This document shows, in pieces, positions 24,864-32,000 of a stretch of 32,000 nt of DNA (position 1 is the first letter of the stretch; each line of letters starts with the position of its first letter). The DNA is taken from the NCBI RefSeq assembly GCF_000011805.1, contig NC_006840.2; one strand, 5' to 3'. Source of the DNA: Aliivibrio fischeri ES114. GTDB lineage: Bacteria; Pseudomonadota; Gammaproteobacteria; Enterobacterales; Vibrionaceae. A program made the position numbers and the translations under genes. Below the pieces are notes generated by a model that had not been told where the DNA came from, ran no database searches, and saw nothing but the letters and a program-made list of their open reading frames with translations.

Positions 24864-27098
24864 ATGAATAAAGGTAAAGCCTCGTTAGCGGATCTTATTT
24901 TTCGATCAATTTTTATTATATTTTCTATTTTAACAGTAGGTATAACCATACATACCTACCAGTTAAGTGTGAATACGATAAATGAAGAAGTTAAACGAAA
25001 CTTACAACAAACTTCAGGCATAATTAATAATTTCTTTGAACATAGATTATCCATTCTTCAAATTAGACAAGATACTGATGCTGAAAGCCTTGCTATTTAT
25101 GACCAATATATAGAGAGTGATTATAAAAATAAATTAAATACGTATTTTTCTAATATTGAAGCTAAATCACCTTATAATTCACCAGATTTTAGATTTATAG
25201 AAGTAAATAATAAACTGTACTGGGATGATGGAAATAGTTCATTTTTAAGTTTAAATGAAAATTGTCTGAAAATTATCATTAAAAAAAACCTTAATATAAA
25301 CACTTGGTATTATATTAAGATGAAAGAGCCTTTATCAGAAGCTGATTTTTTAATTAGAAAAACGCCTATAGTTAATAATGATTCAGGTAGAATTGTTGCA
25401 TTCATATATAATGCAGTAATGTTGAATAATAACATCTCATTTTTGAATAAACTTAAAAAGCTAACGAATAGCCAAGATGTATTTATTATTAATGATAATA
25501 AGATATTAGCATCAAGTGTAAGTTCCAATACAGAAATATATCAAGAAGTTACTTCTATTTTAAATGGCACAAGAAAAAGAATACCAAGTAAAATATTAAA
25601 CTTTACACCTATAAATATTAAATCAATGTCAGGTGAGATATCAATATTGTCATTAAAGAATAAAGATAATATTGAATTATTAGAGCAACGATTTATTTAT
25701 AGTGTTGTTCTCTCATTTTTTGTACTTATAGCTATCGCTGTATTAATTCGAGGCTTATTTGAGCATAAAATACTCTTGTCATTAAATTCCTTATTAAAAT
25801 ACACAAATACGGTATCAAAAAATGAAACTCGAAGTGAGTATCAAGGTTGTGGTATTTTAGAGTTTGACCAAATTGGGGAAAAATTAGAACAGACATTTTC
25901 TGAATTAATTGAAGCTAAAGAAGACAGTTATAAAGCTCAAAGAGCGGCAGAAAAATTGGCACAAGTGAAATCTGACTTTTTAGCAAGAATGAGTCATGAA
26001 ATAAGAACGCCTTTAAATGGGATTTTAGGTATATCTAGCCTATTAAAGAGTAGTAACTTAACTAGAGAGCAGCAAAAACAAGTAAATATTCTCCATCAAG
26101 GGGGAGAGCATTTGCTTGCGGTCTTAAATGATATTTTAGATTTTTCACAGATAGAACAAGAGAAGCTAAAAATAAATAGCGCTCCTTTTAAGCTGAGTGA
26201 TGTATTAGAAAATATTAATGCAATTTATTTTCCTCTTTGTAAAAATAAAAACGTACTTTTTTCAATTGAAAACCATGTTAATCCAGATGTATTCATTAAT
26301 TCTGATCAGGTAAGACTAACGCAGATACTTTTTAATCTACTAAGTAACGCAGCTAAATTTACAGAGAAAGGTAAAGTAAAGTTAACCTTATCTCTTAATA
26401 AGCACAATTCCGATTATTACTTACAATTTTCGGTTGATGATACTGGGGTCGGGATCTGTGCTGAAGAACAAACAAGAATGTTTGAGCCATTTGAACAGTC
26501 AGGTTTTTCTGAATCGAGAAAATTTGGCGGAAGTGGGTTGGGGTTGGCTATTGTTAAGCAATTACTTGATTTGCTTAAAGGAAAAATAACAATAAACAGT
26601 ACGCTAGGTGTAGGTTCTACATTTAGCGTTCTTATTCCTGTCTTGATTTGTGAAGATAAAGCCGATATTTCAGATGCTAAAGCTGAAAATCAGATAACGT
26701 CATTACCAACAGGTTTAAAGATTTTATTAATTGAGGATAATAAATCGAATGCTTACATTGCTAAAGCTTATTGCCAAAAGTATGGACTAAATGTGACGTG
26801 GCGAAATGACGCTGCTCAAGGTATTGCTGAGCTTTCTAAATCTGAGTTTGATTTGATCTTAATGGATAACCAAATGCCGGGAATGAGCGGTATTAAAGCA
26901 ACCAAATATATTCGTAATCATTTAAAAATAATGACACCTATTTATGCGTATACTGCTGATGCATTAGAGGAATCCAATCAAGAATTTTTCTCTGCAGGGG
27001 CAAACTATATTATTACTAAGCCAATAAAAGAAAAGTCAATACTGGATGCATTGGCTTTTTATAAATCAGAGAACGGGTTGCCACCTTTTGACTCGTAA
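24864..27098 (+). CDS. luxQ: Hybrid sensor kinase/phosphatase LuxQ (AI-2 signalling partner of LuxP)
   Basis: Starts 2 nt after the luxP stop. 744 aa: TM1, a periplasmic domain of about 250 aa rich in N, K and I, TM2 (IYSVVLSFFVLIAIAVLI), a HAMP-like linker, H-box SHEIRTPLNG (His378, nt 25995-25997), HATPase (N-box LLSNAAKFT; G-boxes DDTGVGI and GGSGLGLAIV), and a receiver (LIEDN, DLILMDNQMPGMSG with Asp668, KP). Confidence 0.88.
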   Translation: MNKGKASLADLIFRSIFIIFSILTVGITIHTYQLSVNTINEEVKRNLQQTSGIINNFFEHRLSILQIRQDTDAESLAIYDQYIESDYKNKLNTYFSNIEAKSPYNSPDFRFIEVNNKLYWDDGNSSFLSLNENCLKIIIKKNLNINTWYYIKMKEPLSEADFLIRKTPIVNNDSGRIVAFIYNAVMLNNNISFLNKLKKLTNSQDVFIINDNKILASSVSSNTEIYQEVTSILNGTRKRIPSKILNFTPINIKSMSGEISILSLKNKDNIELLEQRFIYSVVLSFFVLIAIAVLIRGLFEHKILLSLNSLLKYTNTVSKNETRSEYQGCGILEFDQIGEKLEQTFSELIEAKEDSYKAQRAAEKLAQVKSDFLARMSHEIRTPLNGILGISSLLKSSNLTREQQKQVNILHQGGEHLLAVLNDILDFSQIEQEKLKINSAPFKLSDVLENINAIYFPLCKNKNVLFSIENHVNPDVFINSDQVRLTQILFNLLSNAAKFTEKGKVKLTLSLNKHNSDYYLQFSVDDTGVGICAEEQTRMFEPFEQSGFSESRKFGGSGLGLAIVKQLLDLLKGKITINSTLGVGSTFSVLIPVLICEDKADISDAKAENQITSLPTGLKILLIEDNKSNAYIAKAYCQKYGLNVTWRNDAAQGIAELSKSEFDLILMDNQMPGMSGIKATKYIRNHLKIMTPIYAYTADALEESNQEFFSAGANYIITKPIKEKSILDALAFYKSENGLPPFDS

Positions 27099-27377
27099 TT
27101 AGCTTCGCTTAACTCGAACGACTCTCATTACTTCAATATCAAAGCCTGCAATTTTTTCATTACTAGGGTAATAGGTTAGATTAACTTTTGCTCCTTTGAG
27201 AGATTGGTAGGCTTTTGTTCTATTAAATTTAAATGGAACATTACAACCTTCAATCATAATAGTATGCTGTATCCAATCACCGATATCTCTTTGAGTATGA
27301 GAAGTGACTTTGACATCAACACTATGGGTTAGCTGTTGATGTTTATGTAGCATTTTATCTACGTCTGATTTCATCAT
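27099..27377 (-). CDS. Hypothetical protein (92 aa)
   Basis: Intact ORF whose stop codon (TAA, read from TTA at 27099-27101 on the plus strand) directly abuts the luxQ stop (27096-27098). The protein is soluble and His/Lys-rich. I recognise no family. The SD is weak. Confidence 0.5.
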   Translation of the reverse strand: MMKSDVDKMLHKHQQLTHSVDVKVTSHTQRDIGDWIQHTIMIEGCNVPFKFNRTKAYQSLKGAKVNLTYYPSNEKIAGFDIEVMRVVRVKRS

Positions 27378-27449
27378 TAGGCTCGTTAGTTAAATACATC
27401 TAATGATGAGATATATCCTCATTTCAGTCAATATAACAAGGAAAGCTGT

Positions 27450-27800
27450 ATGTCTAAAAAAGTGTATTGTGTTGCTCAGTTTTTACCAAAAGAAGGTAAA
27501 TTAAATGAATTATTTAAGGTATTACAAAGCTTAGAACCAAACACAATAAGAGAGGATGGATGTCTTCAATATATTGTTACTCGTCATATTCAAACACCAT
27601 TTGCAGAAGGTGATAGCTATCCTATTGCCTTTAATGAAATTTGGGCAGATAACGAAGCATTTGAAGCGCATTGCCAACGTGATGAAATTAAACAATTTTT
27701 TGAGCAGCAATGTATCGCAGATGATGGATTAGTTGCTAAATGGAATGTGTGTATTTATACGGATGAGCCCATTGATTTTGATGCTCCTAAGCTTTCATAA
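27450..27800 (+). CDS. ABM-domain (antibiotic biosynthesis monooxygenase / YgiN-like ferredoxin-fold) protein
   Basis: AAGGAAAG lies upstream of the ATG. 116 aa. The pattern is typical of the ABM family (VAQFxPKEGKxxE, EPNTIREDGCLQY, FNEIWADNEAFEAHxQ), as in E. coli YgiN. Confidence 0.65.
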   Translation: MSKKVYCVAQFLPKEGKLNELFKVLQSLEPNTIREDGCLQYIVTRHIQTPFAEGDSYPIAFNEIWADNEAFEAHCQRDEIKQFFEQQCIADDGLVAKWNVCIYTDEPIDFDAPKLS

Positions 27801-27812
27801 AATATAAATAAA

Positions 27813-27834
27813 AATGCCACCAAACGGTGGCATT
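27813..27834. terminator. Bidirectional terminator between the ABM gene and dxs
   Basis: AATGCCACC (27813-27821) pairs with GGTGGCATT (27826-27834) around a 4-nt loop. The plus strand continues GTTTTA. The minus-strand reading is followed by TTTT then ATTTAT. Confidence 0.75.
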
Positions 27835-27862
27835 GTTTTATGAAACTAAGATGGGCATGAAA

Positions 27863-29746
27863 TTAGAGGTCAAGGTAATCTCTAATTTGTTGCTCAATGC
27901 CATTTGCATCAAGTTTTAGTTCCGTATGCATTTCTTCTTGTGTACCTTGAGCTATGAATTCATCTGGTAAACCTAGTTGAAGAACTGGTTTAACAAGGCG
28001 GTTTTTCATTAAAAATTCAATGACACCTGAACCTGCACCACCTGAAATCGCATTTTCTTCAATAGTCACTAAAACATCGTGATTGGTTACTAATTCACAG
28101 ATGAGTGCTTCATCAAGAGGTTTAGCAAAACGCATATCAGCAACGGTAGCATCTAACTTTTCTGCCGCTTCTAAGCTATTTGCTAAGAAAGTACCGAAGT
28201 TTAAGATAGCAACTCGTTCTCCTTTTTCCGTCACTTTAGTTTCACGGAGTAAACGACCTTTACCAATTTCAAGTGCTTGCATTTCATTATTTACTTGGAT
28301 GCCTGTTGCACTTCCTCGTGGATAACGAACAGCGCTAGGGCCAGTGTGCTTATGGCCTGTGTAGAGCATTTGGCGGCATTCGTTTTCATCACTTGGTGTC
28401 ATGATAACCATATTTGGAATACAGCGCATAAAGCTGATGTCAAAGGCGCCTTGGTGTGTTTGTCCATCTGCACCGACTAAACCTGCACGGTCAATAGCAA
28501 ACATTACGGGTAAATCCATAATCGCAACATCATGAATTAATTGATCGTAACCACGTTGTAAAAACGTTGAGTAGATAGCAACTATCGGGTTATAACCAGC
28601 TATCGCCATCCCACTCGCTAGAGTAACTGCGTGTTGTTCTGCAATGGCTGCATCAAAATACTGGTTAGGATATTCCTTAGAGAAACGAACCATACCAGAG
28701 CCTTCTCGCATTGCTGGCGTAATGGCCATAAGCTTACTGTCTTCTTTCGCCATATCGCAAAGGAAGTCGCCAAAAACAGCAGAGAAGGTTGGTTTACCAC
28801 CAGACGATTTTGGTAATGAAGTGTTACTTGGATCAAACTTAGGTACACCATGGTAGCTGATTGGATCTTTCTCAGCAGGCTCATAGCCTTTACCTTTTTT
28901 CGTCATGATATGTAAAAATTGCGGCCCTTTTAGGTTACGCATATTTTTAAGGGTTCTAACTAGTTCATTAACGTCATGACCATCTACCGGGCCAATGTAA
29001 TTAAAGCCTAATTCTTCAAACATGGTGCCAGGAACAACCATGCCTTTTAAATGTTCTTCTGTGCGTTTTAGTAGCTCTTTAATCGTAGGCGTACCAGAAA
29101 GCACTTTTTTACCGCCTTCACGAATAGAGGTGTATAAGCTACCTGATAGTACACGCGCTAATTGATTGTTTAATGCTCCAACGTTTTCAGAAATTGACAT
29201 TTCATTATCATTTAGAACAACAAGCATATCTGGGTGAATATCACCAGCGTGATTTAATGCTTCAAATGCCATACCGGCAGTAATGGCACCATCACCAATA
29301 ACACTGACTATTTTACGATTCTCTTGCTCTTTTTCAGCACAGATAGCTAGGCCTAAAGCGGCACTAATAGATGTTGATGAGTGGCCAACAGAAAGAACAT
29401 CATATTCACTTTCACCACGCCATGGGAATGGATGTAATCCGTCTTTTTGTCGGATTGTTGAAAGTTGTTCACGGCGTCCTGTTAATATCTTATGAGGATA
29501 AGCTTGATGGCCAACATCCCAGATAAGTTGATCAAATGGGGTGTTATAAACGTAATGCAAAGCGACGGTTAACTCTACGACACCAAGACCAGATGCTAAG
29601 TGACCACTTGTTTTACTTACCGAGTTTAAAAGGTAAGTACGTAGCTCATCGCATAATGCTGGTAAGCTCTCTTTTGGTAAAGAACGTAATTCATCTGGTG
29701 TATTTGCCAAAGCCAGAATTGGGTATTTTGAAATATCTAATGACAT
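27863..29746 (-). CDS. dxs: 1-deoxy-D-xylulose-5-phosphate synthase
   Basis: 627 aa, colinear with E. coli Dxs from [12 protein letters not shown] (E. coli MSFDIAKYPTLA) through [45 protein letters not shown], [13 protein letters not shown] and [18 protein letters not shown]. Confidence 0.97.
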   Translation of the reverse strand: MSLDISKYPILALANTPDELRSLPKESLPALCDELRTYLLNSVSKTSGHLASGLGVVELTVALHYVYNTPFDQLIWDVGHQAYPHKILTGRREQLSTIRQKDGLHPFPWRGESEYDVLSVGHSSTSISAALGLAICAEKEQENRKIVSVIGDGAITAGMAFEALNHAGDIHPDMLVVLNDNEMSISENVGALNNQLARVLSGSLYTSIREGGKKVLSGTPTIKELLKRTEEHLKGMVVPGTMFEELGFNYIGPVDGHDVNELVRTLKNMRNLKGPQFLHIMTKKGKGYEPAEKDPISYHGVPKFDPSNTSLPKSSGGKPTFSAVFGDFLCDMAKEDSKLMAITPAMREGSGMVRFSKEYPNQYFDAAIAEQHAVTLASGMAIAGYNPIVAIYSTFLQRGYDQLIHDVAIMDLPVMFAIDRAGLVGADGQTHQGAFDISFMRCIPNMVIMTPSDENECRQMLYTGHKHTGPSAVRYPRGSATGIQVNNEMQALEIGKGRLLRETKVTEKGERVAILNFGTFLANSLEAAEKLDATVADMRFAKPLDEALICELVTNHDVLVTIEENAISGGAGSGVIEFLMKNRLVKPVLQLGLPDEFIAQGTQEEMHTELKLDANGIEQQIRDYLDL

Positions 29747-29767
29747 AGTAGTTAGCGCTTATCTGTT

Positions 29768-30673
29768 TTAGTTTTTACGCTCAATAACGTATTGAGCGAA
29801 CGCTTGCATTGCATCCGTGTTATAAGGGATGTCGTTTAATGCTTCAATTGCTGTTTGATACAGTTGTTCTGCTTTATGTTTAGCGCCTTCAAGGCCAAGT
29901 AAAGCAGGATAGGTGCTTTTATCTAATTCTAGATCAGAACCTTGTGGTTTTCCGAGAGTTTCAGTATCACTAATGATATCTAAGATATCATCTTGTACTT
30001 GAAAGGCGAGACCAATAGCATCTGCATAGATTTCTAATTGTGGAAGTATGGCTTTGCCTTTATCACCAGCACAAAGAGCACCGAGTTGAACCGCACACTT
30101 AATAAGAGCACCCGTTTTATTAGCATGAATGCGCTCAAGAGAGGCAAGGTCAACTTTTTTACCTTCAGCTTGTAAATCTAATGATTGTCCCATGCACATA
30201 CCTGATGCACCTGATGCTTTTGATAATACGCGGATCATATCAATGCGTGATGTTTCTGCATCGTCACTTAATTGACCATTCGCTAATATTTCAAAAGCAA
30301 GTGTTTGGAGCGCATCACCAGCAAGAATCGCTGTTGCTTCATCATATTTTATATGGCAAGTAGCATGACCGCGACGAAGATCATCATTATCCATTGCTGG
30401 TAAATCATCATGGATTAATGAATAAGAGTGGACACATTCAATAGCTGCGGCTGCACTATCAGCAAATTCAGCTTTAATGCCAAGCATTTGTGCTGTGATA
30501 TAAACTAAATATGGTCGAGCTCGTTTGCCACCTAACAACAATGAATATTTCATTGCTTCAGTTAGTGGTTGTTGCTGAATTTCGATTTTTTCAAGCCACT
30601 GATTTAATTGTTCAATGTTTCTATTTTGAAAAAATGTAAGTTGTTGTTTTAGTGAATCAGTCATCTTGTCCAT
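29768..30673 (-). CDS. ispA: Farnesyl diphosphate synthase ((2E,6E)-FPP synthase)
   Basis: Both Asp-rich motifs are present ([17 protein letters not shown] and FQVQDDILD). Colinear with E. coli IspA. The start is ambiguous: TTG 30676 (track), ATG 30673 or ATG 30664. All three overlap the xseB 3' end. Confidence 0.93.
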   Translation of the reverse strand: MDKMTDSLKQQLTFFQNRNIEQLNQWLEKIEIQQQPLTEAMKYSLLLGGKRARPYLVYITAQMLGIKAEFADSAAAAIECVHSYSLIHDDLPAMDNDDLRRGHATCHIKYDEATAILAGDALQTLAFEILANGQLSDDAETSRIDMIRVLSKASGASGMCMGQSLDLQAEGKKVDLASLERIHANKTGALIKCAVQLGALCAGDKGKAILPQLEIYADAIGLAFQVQDDILDIISDTETLGKPQGSDLELDKSTYPALLGLEGAKHKAEQLYQTAIEALNDIPYNTDAMQAFAQYVIERKN

Positions 30674-30899
30674 CAAAAGGTGTTAGTTCTGCGTTATCGT
30701 CAGCTTGAAGAAGAATTTCTACTCGTTGTTCTGCTTGAGTTAGTTTTTCTTGTCCAGCTCGTGCTAGAGAAATGCCTCGTTCAAACTTCTTCAATGCATC
30801 TTCAAGAGGCAAATCGCCACTTTCTAATTGATTGACGACAGAATCCAGTTCTTCTATTGCCGCTTCAAACGATAAATTTTCAGGTTTTTTTACAGCCAT
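30657..30899 (-). CDS. xseB: Exodeoxyribonuclease VII small subunit
   Basis: 80 aa. [38 protein letters not shown] aligns with E. coli XseB ([38 protein letters not shown]). The conserved xseB-ispA-dxs order is kept. Confidence 0.93.
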   Translation of the reverse strand: MAVKKPENLSFEAAIEELDSVVNQLESGDLPLEDALKKFERGISLARAGQEKLTQAEQRVEILLQADDNAELTPFDGQDD

Positions 30900-31057
30900 A
30901 ATGATTCACTCTTAAAATGATCCAAGAAAGGTAACTCAGAGAGAGGTGAGGGTCAATTGAACAGGTGAGAAAGTCACGTATAAAAGTAAAATTTAGTGAT
31001 TAAGGGCTACTTTTCAATCGATATCTTAATAGGACGAATCTTTTTGTACAAAAAAAT

Positions 31058-31084
31058 TAAACCATCCAACGCTTTGGTCGATAA
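31058..31084 (+). promoter_or_regulatory. Putative sigma-28 (FliA) promoter for pomAB
   Basis: TAAA (31058-31061), a 15-nt spacer, then GTCGATAA (31077-31084). The consensus is TAAA-N15-GCCGATAA, so this is 7 of 8 in the -10 element with exact spacing. It lies 94 nt upstream of the pomA GTG. In Vibrio, stator genes are late, FliA-dependent flagellar genes. Confidence 0.55.
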
Positions 31085-31177
31085 GAAATAAGCGGCAAAA
31101 AAGCGATACAATTTTATGGCTTAAATTTTGCTTAGCACTTTGTAAGTAAACACAAGCAGCATATAGGGGAGCGCTCT

Positions 31178-31942
31178 GTGGATTTAGCAACGTTAATAGG
31201 CTTAGTTGGTAGTTTTGCATTTATTATTATGGCAATGGTACTGGCTGGTGGTTTAGCCATTTTTATGGACACAACATCGGTTTTAATCGTAGTTGGTGGT
31301 TCAATTTTTGTTGTTTTAATGAAATTTACCGTAGGCCAATTTTTTGGCGCTGGTAAAATTGCAGGTAAAGCATTTATTTTTAAAACAGATGAACCTGTTG
31401 ATCTTATTGTAACTATTGTTGAAATGGCTGATGCGGCTCGTAAAGGCGGTTTCTTAGCATTAGAAGAAAAAGAAATCAGTAACTCTTTTATGCAAAAAGG
31501 TATTGATTTATTGGTTGATGGTCATGATGCTGAAGTTGTGAAAGCAACATTACAAAAAGACATCGCATTAACGAATGAACGTCATGAACGTGGTGTTGGT
31601 GTATTTACCGCTTTTGGTGACGTAGCTCCTGCAATGGGTATGATTGGTACCTTAGTTGGTCTAGTAGGTATGTTATCAAACATGGATGATCCTAAATCTA
31701 TCGGTCCTGCAATGGCGGTTGCGCTATTAACAACACTATATGGTTCGGTAATTTCAAACATGGTTGCATTCCCTATTGCTCATAAACTTGAATTACGTAA
31801 AGAACAAGAAAAATTGAATCGCCGTTTAATTCTTGATGGCATTTTGGCGATTCAAGATGGTCAAAACCCACGTGTTATTGATAGCTACTTACGTAACTAT
31901 TTAAATGAGAAAAAACGTGTTGTTGACACTGGCGAAGAATAA
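31178..31942 (+). CDS. pomA: Sodium-driven polar flagellar stator protein PomA (MotA family)
   Basis: GTG start at 31178 behind AGGGGA. The 254-aa protein is near-identical in pattern to V. alginolyticus PomA (MDLATLxGLxGxFAFxIMAMVL, VVGGSIFVVLMKFT, EMADAARKGGFLALEE, GDVAPAMGMIGTLVGLV, AMAVALLTTLYG, LAIQDGQNPRVIDSYL). Confidence 0.95.
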   Translation: MDLATLIGLVGSFAFIIMAMVLAGGLAIFMDTTSVLIVVGGSIFVVLMKFTVGQFFGAGKIAGKAFIFKTDEPVDLIVTIVEMADAARKGGFLALEEKEISNSFMQKGIDLLVDGHDAEVVKATLQKDIALTNERHERGVGVFTAFGDVAPAMGMIGTLVGLVGMLSNMDDPKSIGPAMAVALLTTLYGSVISNMVAFPIAHKLELRKEQEKLNRRLILDGILAIQDGQNPRVIDSYLRNYLNEKKRVVDTGEE

Positions 31943-31958
31943 GACTGGGAGTCACTAA

Positions 31959-32000
31959 TGGAAGATGAAAACGACTGCAAATGTCCTCCTGGTGCCCCCT
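31959..32000 (+). CDS. pomB: Sodium-driven flagellar stator protein PomB (MotB family), 3'-truncated by the window edge
   Basis: ATG at 31959 behind GGGAG, 16 nt after the pomA stop. MEDENDCKCPPGAP resembles the PomB N-terminus (MDDEDNKCDCPPPG). Only 14 codons lie in the window. Confidence 0.75.

Noticed and set aside
28083-28884. Several 61-88 aa ORFs on both strands inside dxs (and at 29283-29748)
   Set aside because: dxs is colinear with E. coli Dxs over its full length. The overlapping frames have no recognisable features and are frame-shadow artefacts.
31026-31220. 64-aa minus-strand ORF across the xseB-pomA divergent promoter region
   Set aside because: It overlaps the pomA start and the putative sigma-28 promoter. 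It has no SD and no motifs, and its composition is typical of AT-rich intergenic DNA.
1-32000. Scan for CRISPR arrays, IS or transposase genes, integrases, phage genes, tRNA/rRNA genes and toxin-antitoxin pairs
   Set aside because: I saw no repeat-spacer periodicity and no ORF with transposase, integrase or phage motifs. The few non-coding gaps (495-709, 878-1171, 8378-8767, 10019-10320, 30900-31177) show no tRNA-like cloverleaf sequences. The window looks like stable core chromosome.

Overview
This is an AT-rich, almost fully coding chromosomal segment. Gene content and protein similarity point to Vibrionaceae, probably Aliivibrio or Vibrio. Most of it is conserved core genome. In order: the 3' end of gmhB; a five-gene Yej/Opp-type peptide ABC importer (yejB-like, yejE-like, family-5 binding protein, two separate ATPases); mliC; a YitT-family membrane protein; glyA preceded by PurR-type and MetR-type boxes; a 1569-aa AcfD/SslE-like M60 metallopeptidase lipoprotein; a small Cys-rich lipoprotein; a NIT-domain chemoreceptor; nrdR-ribD-ribE-ribBA-ribH-nusB; thiL-pgpA-luxP-luxQ joined by overlapping or abutting junctions; two small genes; dxs-ispA-xseB on the minus strand; pomA and the first codons of pomB. 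I recognised no rRNA, tRNA, CRISPR array, transposase, integrase or phage gene. I also see no convincing novel multi-gene system. Four loci deserve a second look. (1) The three-gene block between glyA and nrdR: M60 lipoprotein, orphan lipoprotein and NIT chemoreceptor. (2) The AI-2 receptor genes luxPQ are joined to thiL-pgpA without a gap, and LuxQ is compact with no cytoplasmic PAS domain. (3) Two uncharacterised small genes lie next to luxQ. (4) The gmhB-yejB intergenic region holds a perfect 16-bp palindrome and a 55-codon ORF with a Shine-Dalgarno (SD) sequence that falls below the ORF-track cutoff. All homology statements come from by-eye alignment to remembered reference sequences, not from searches.
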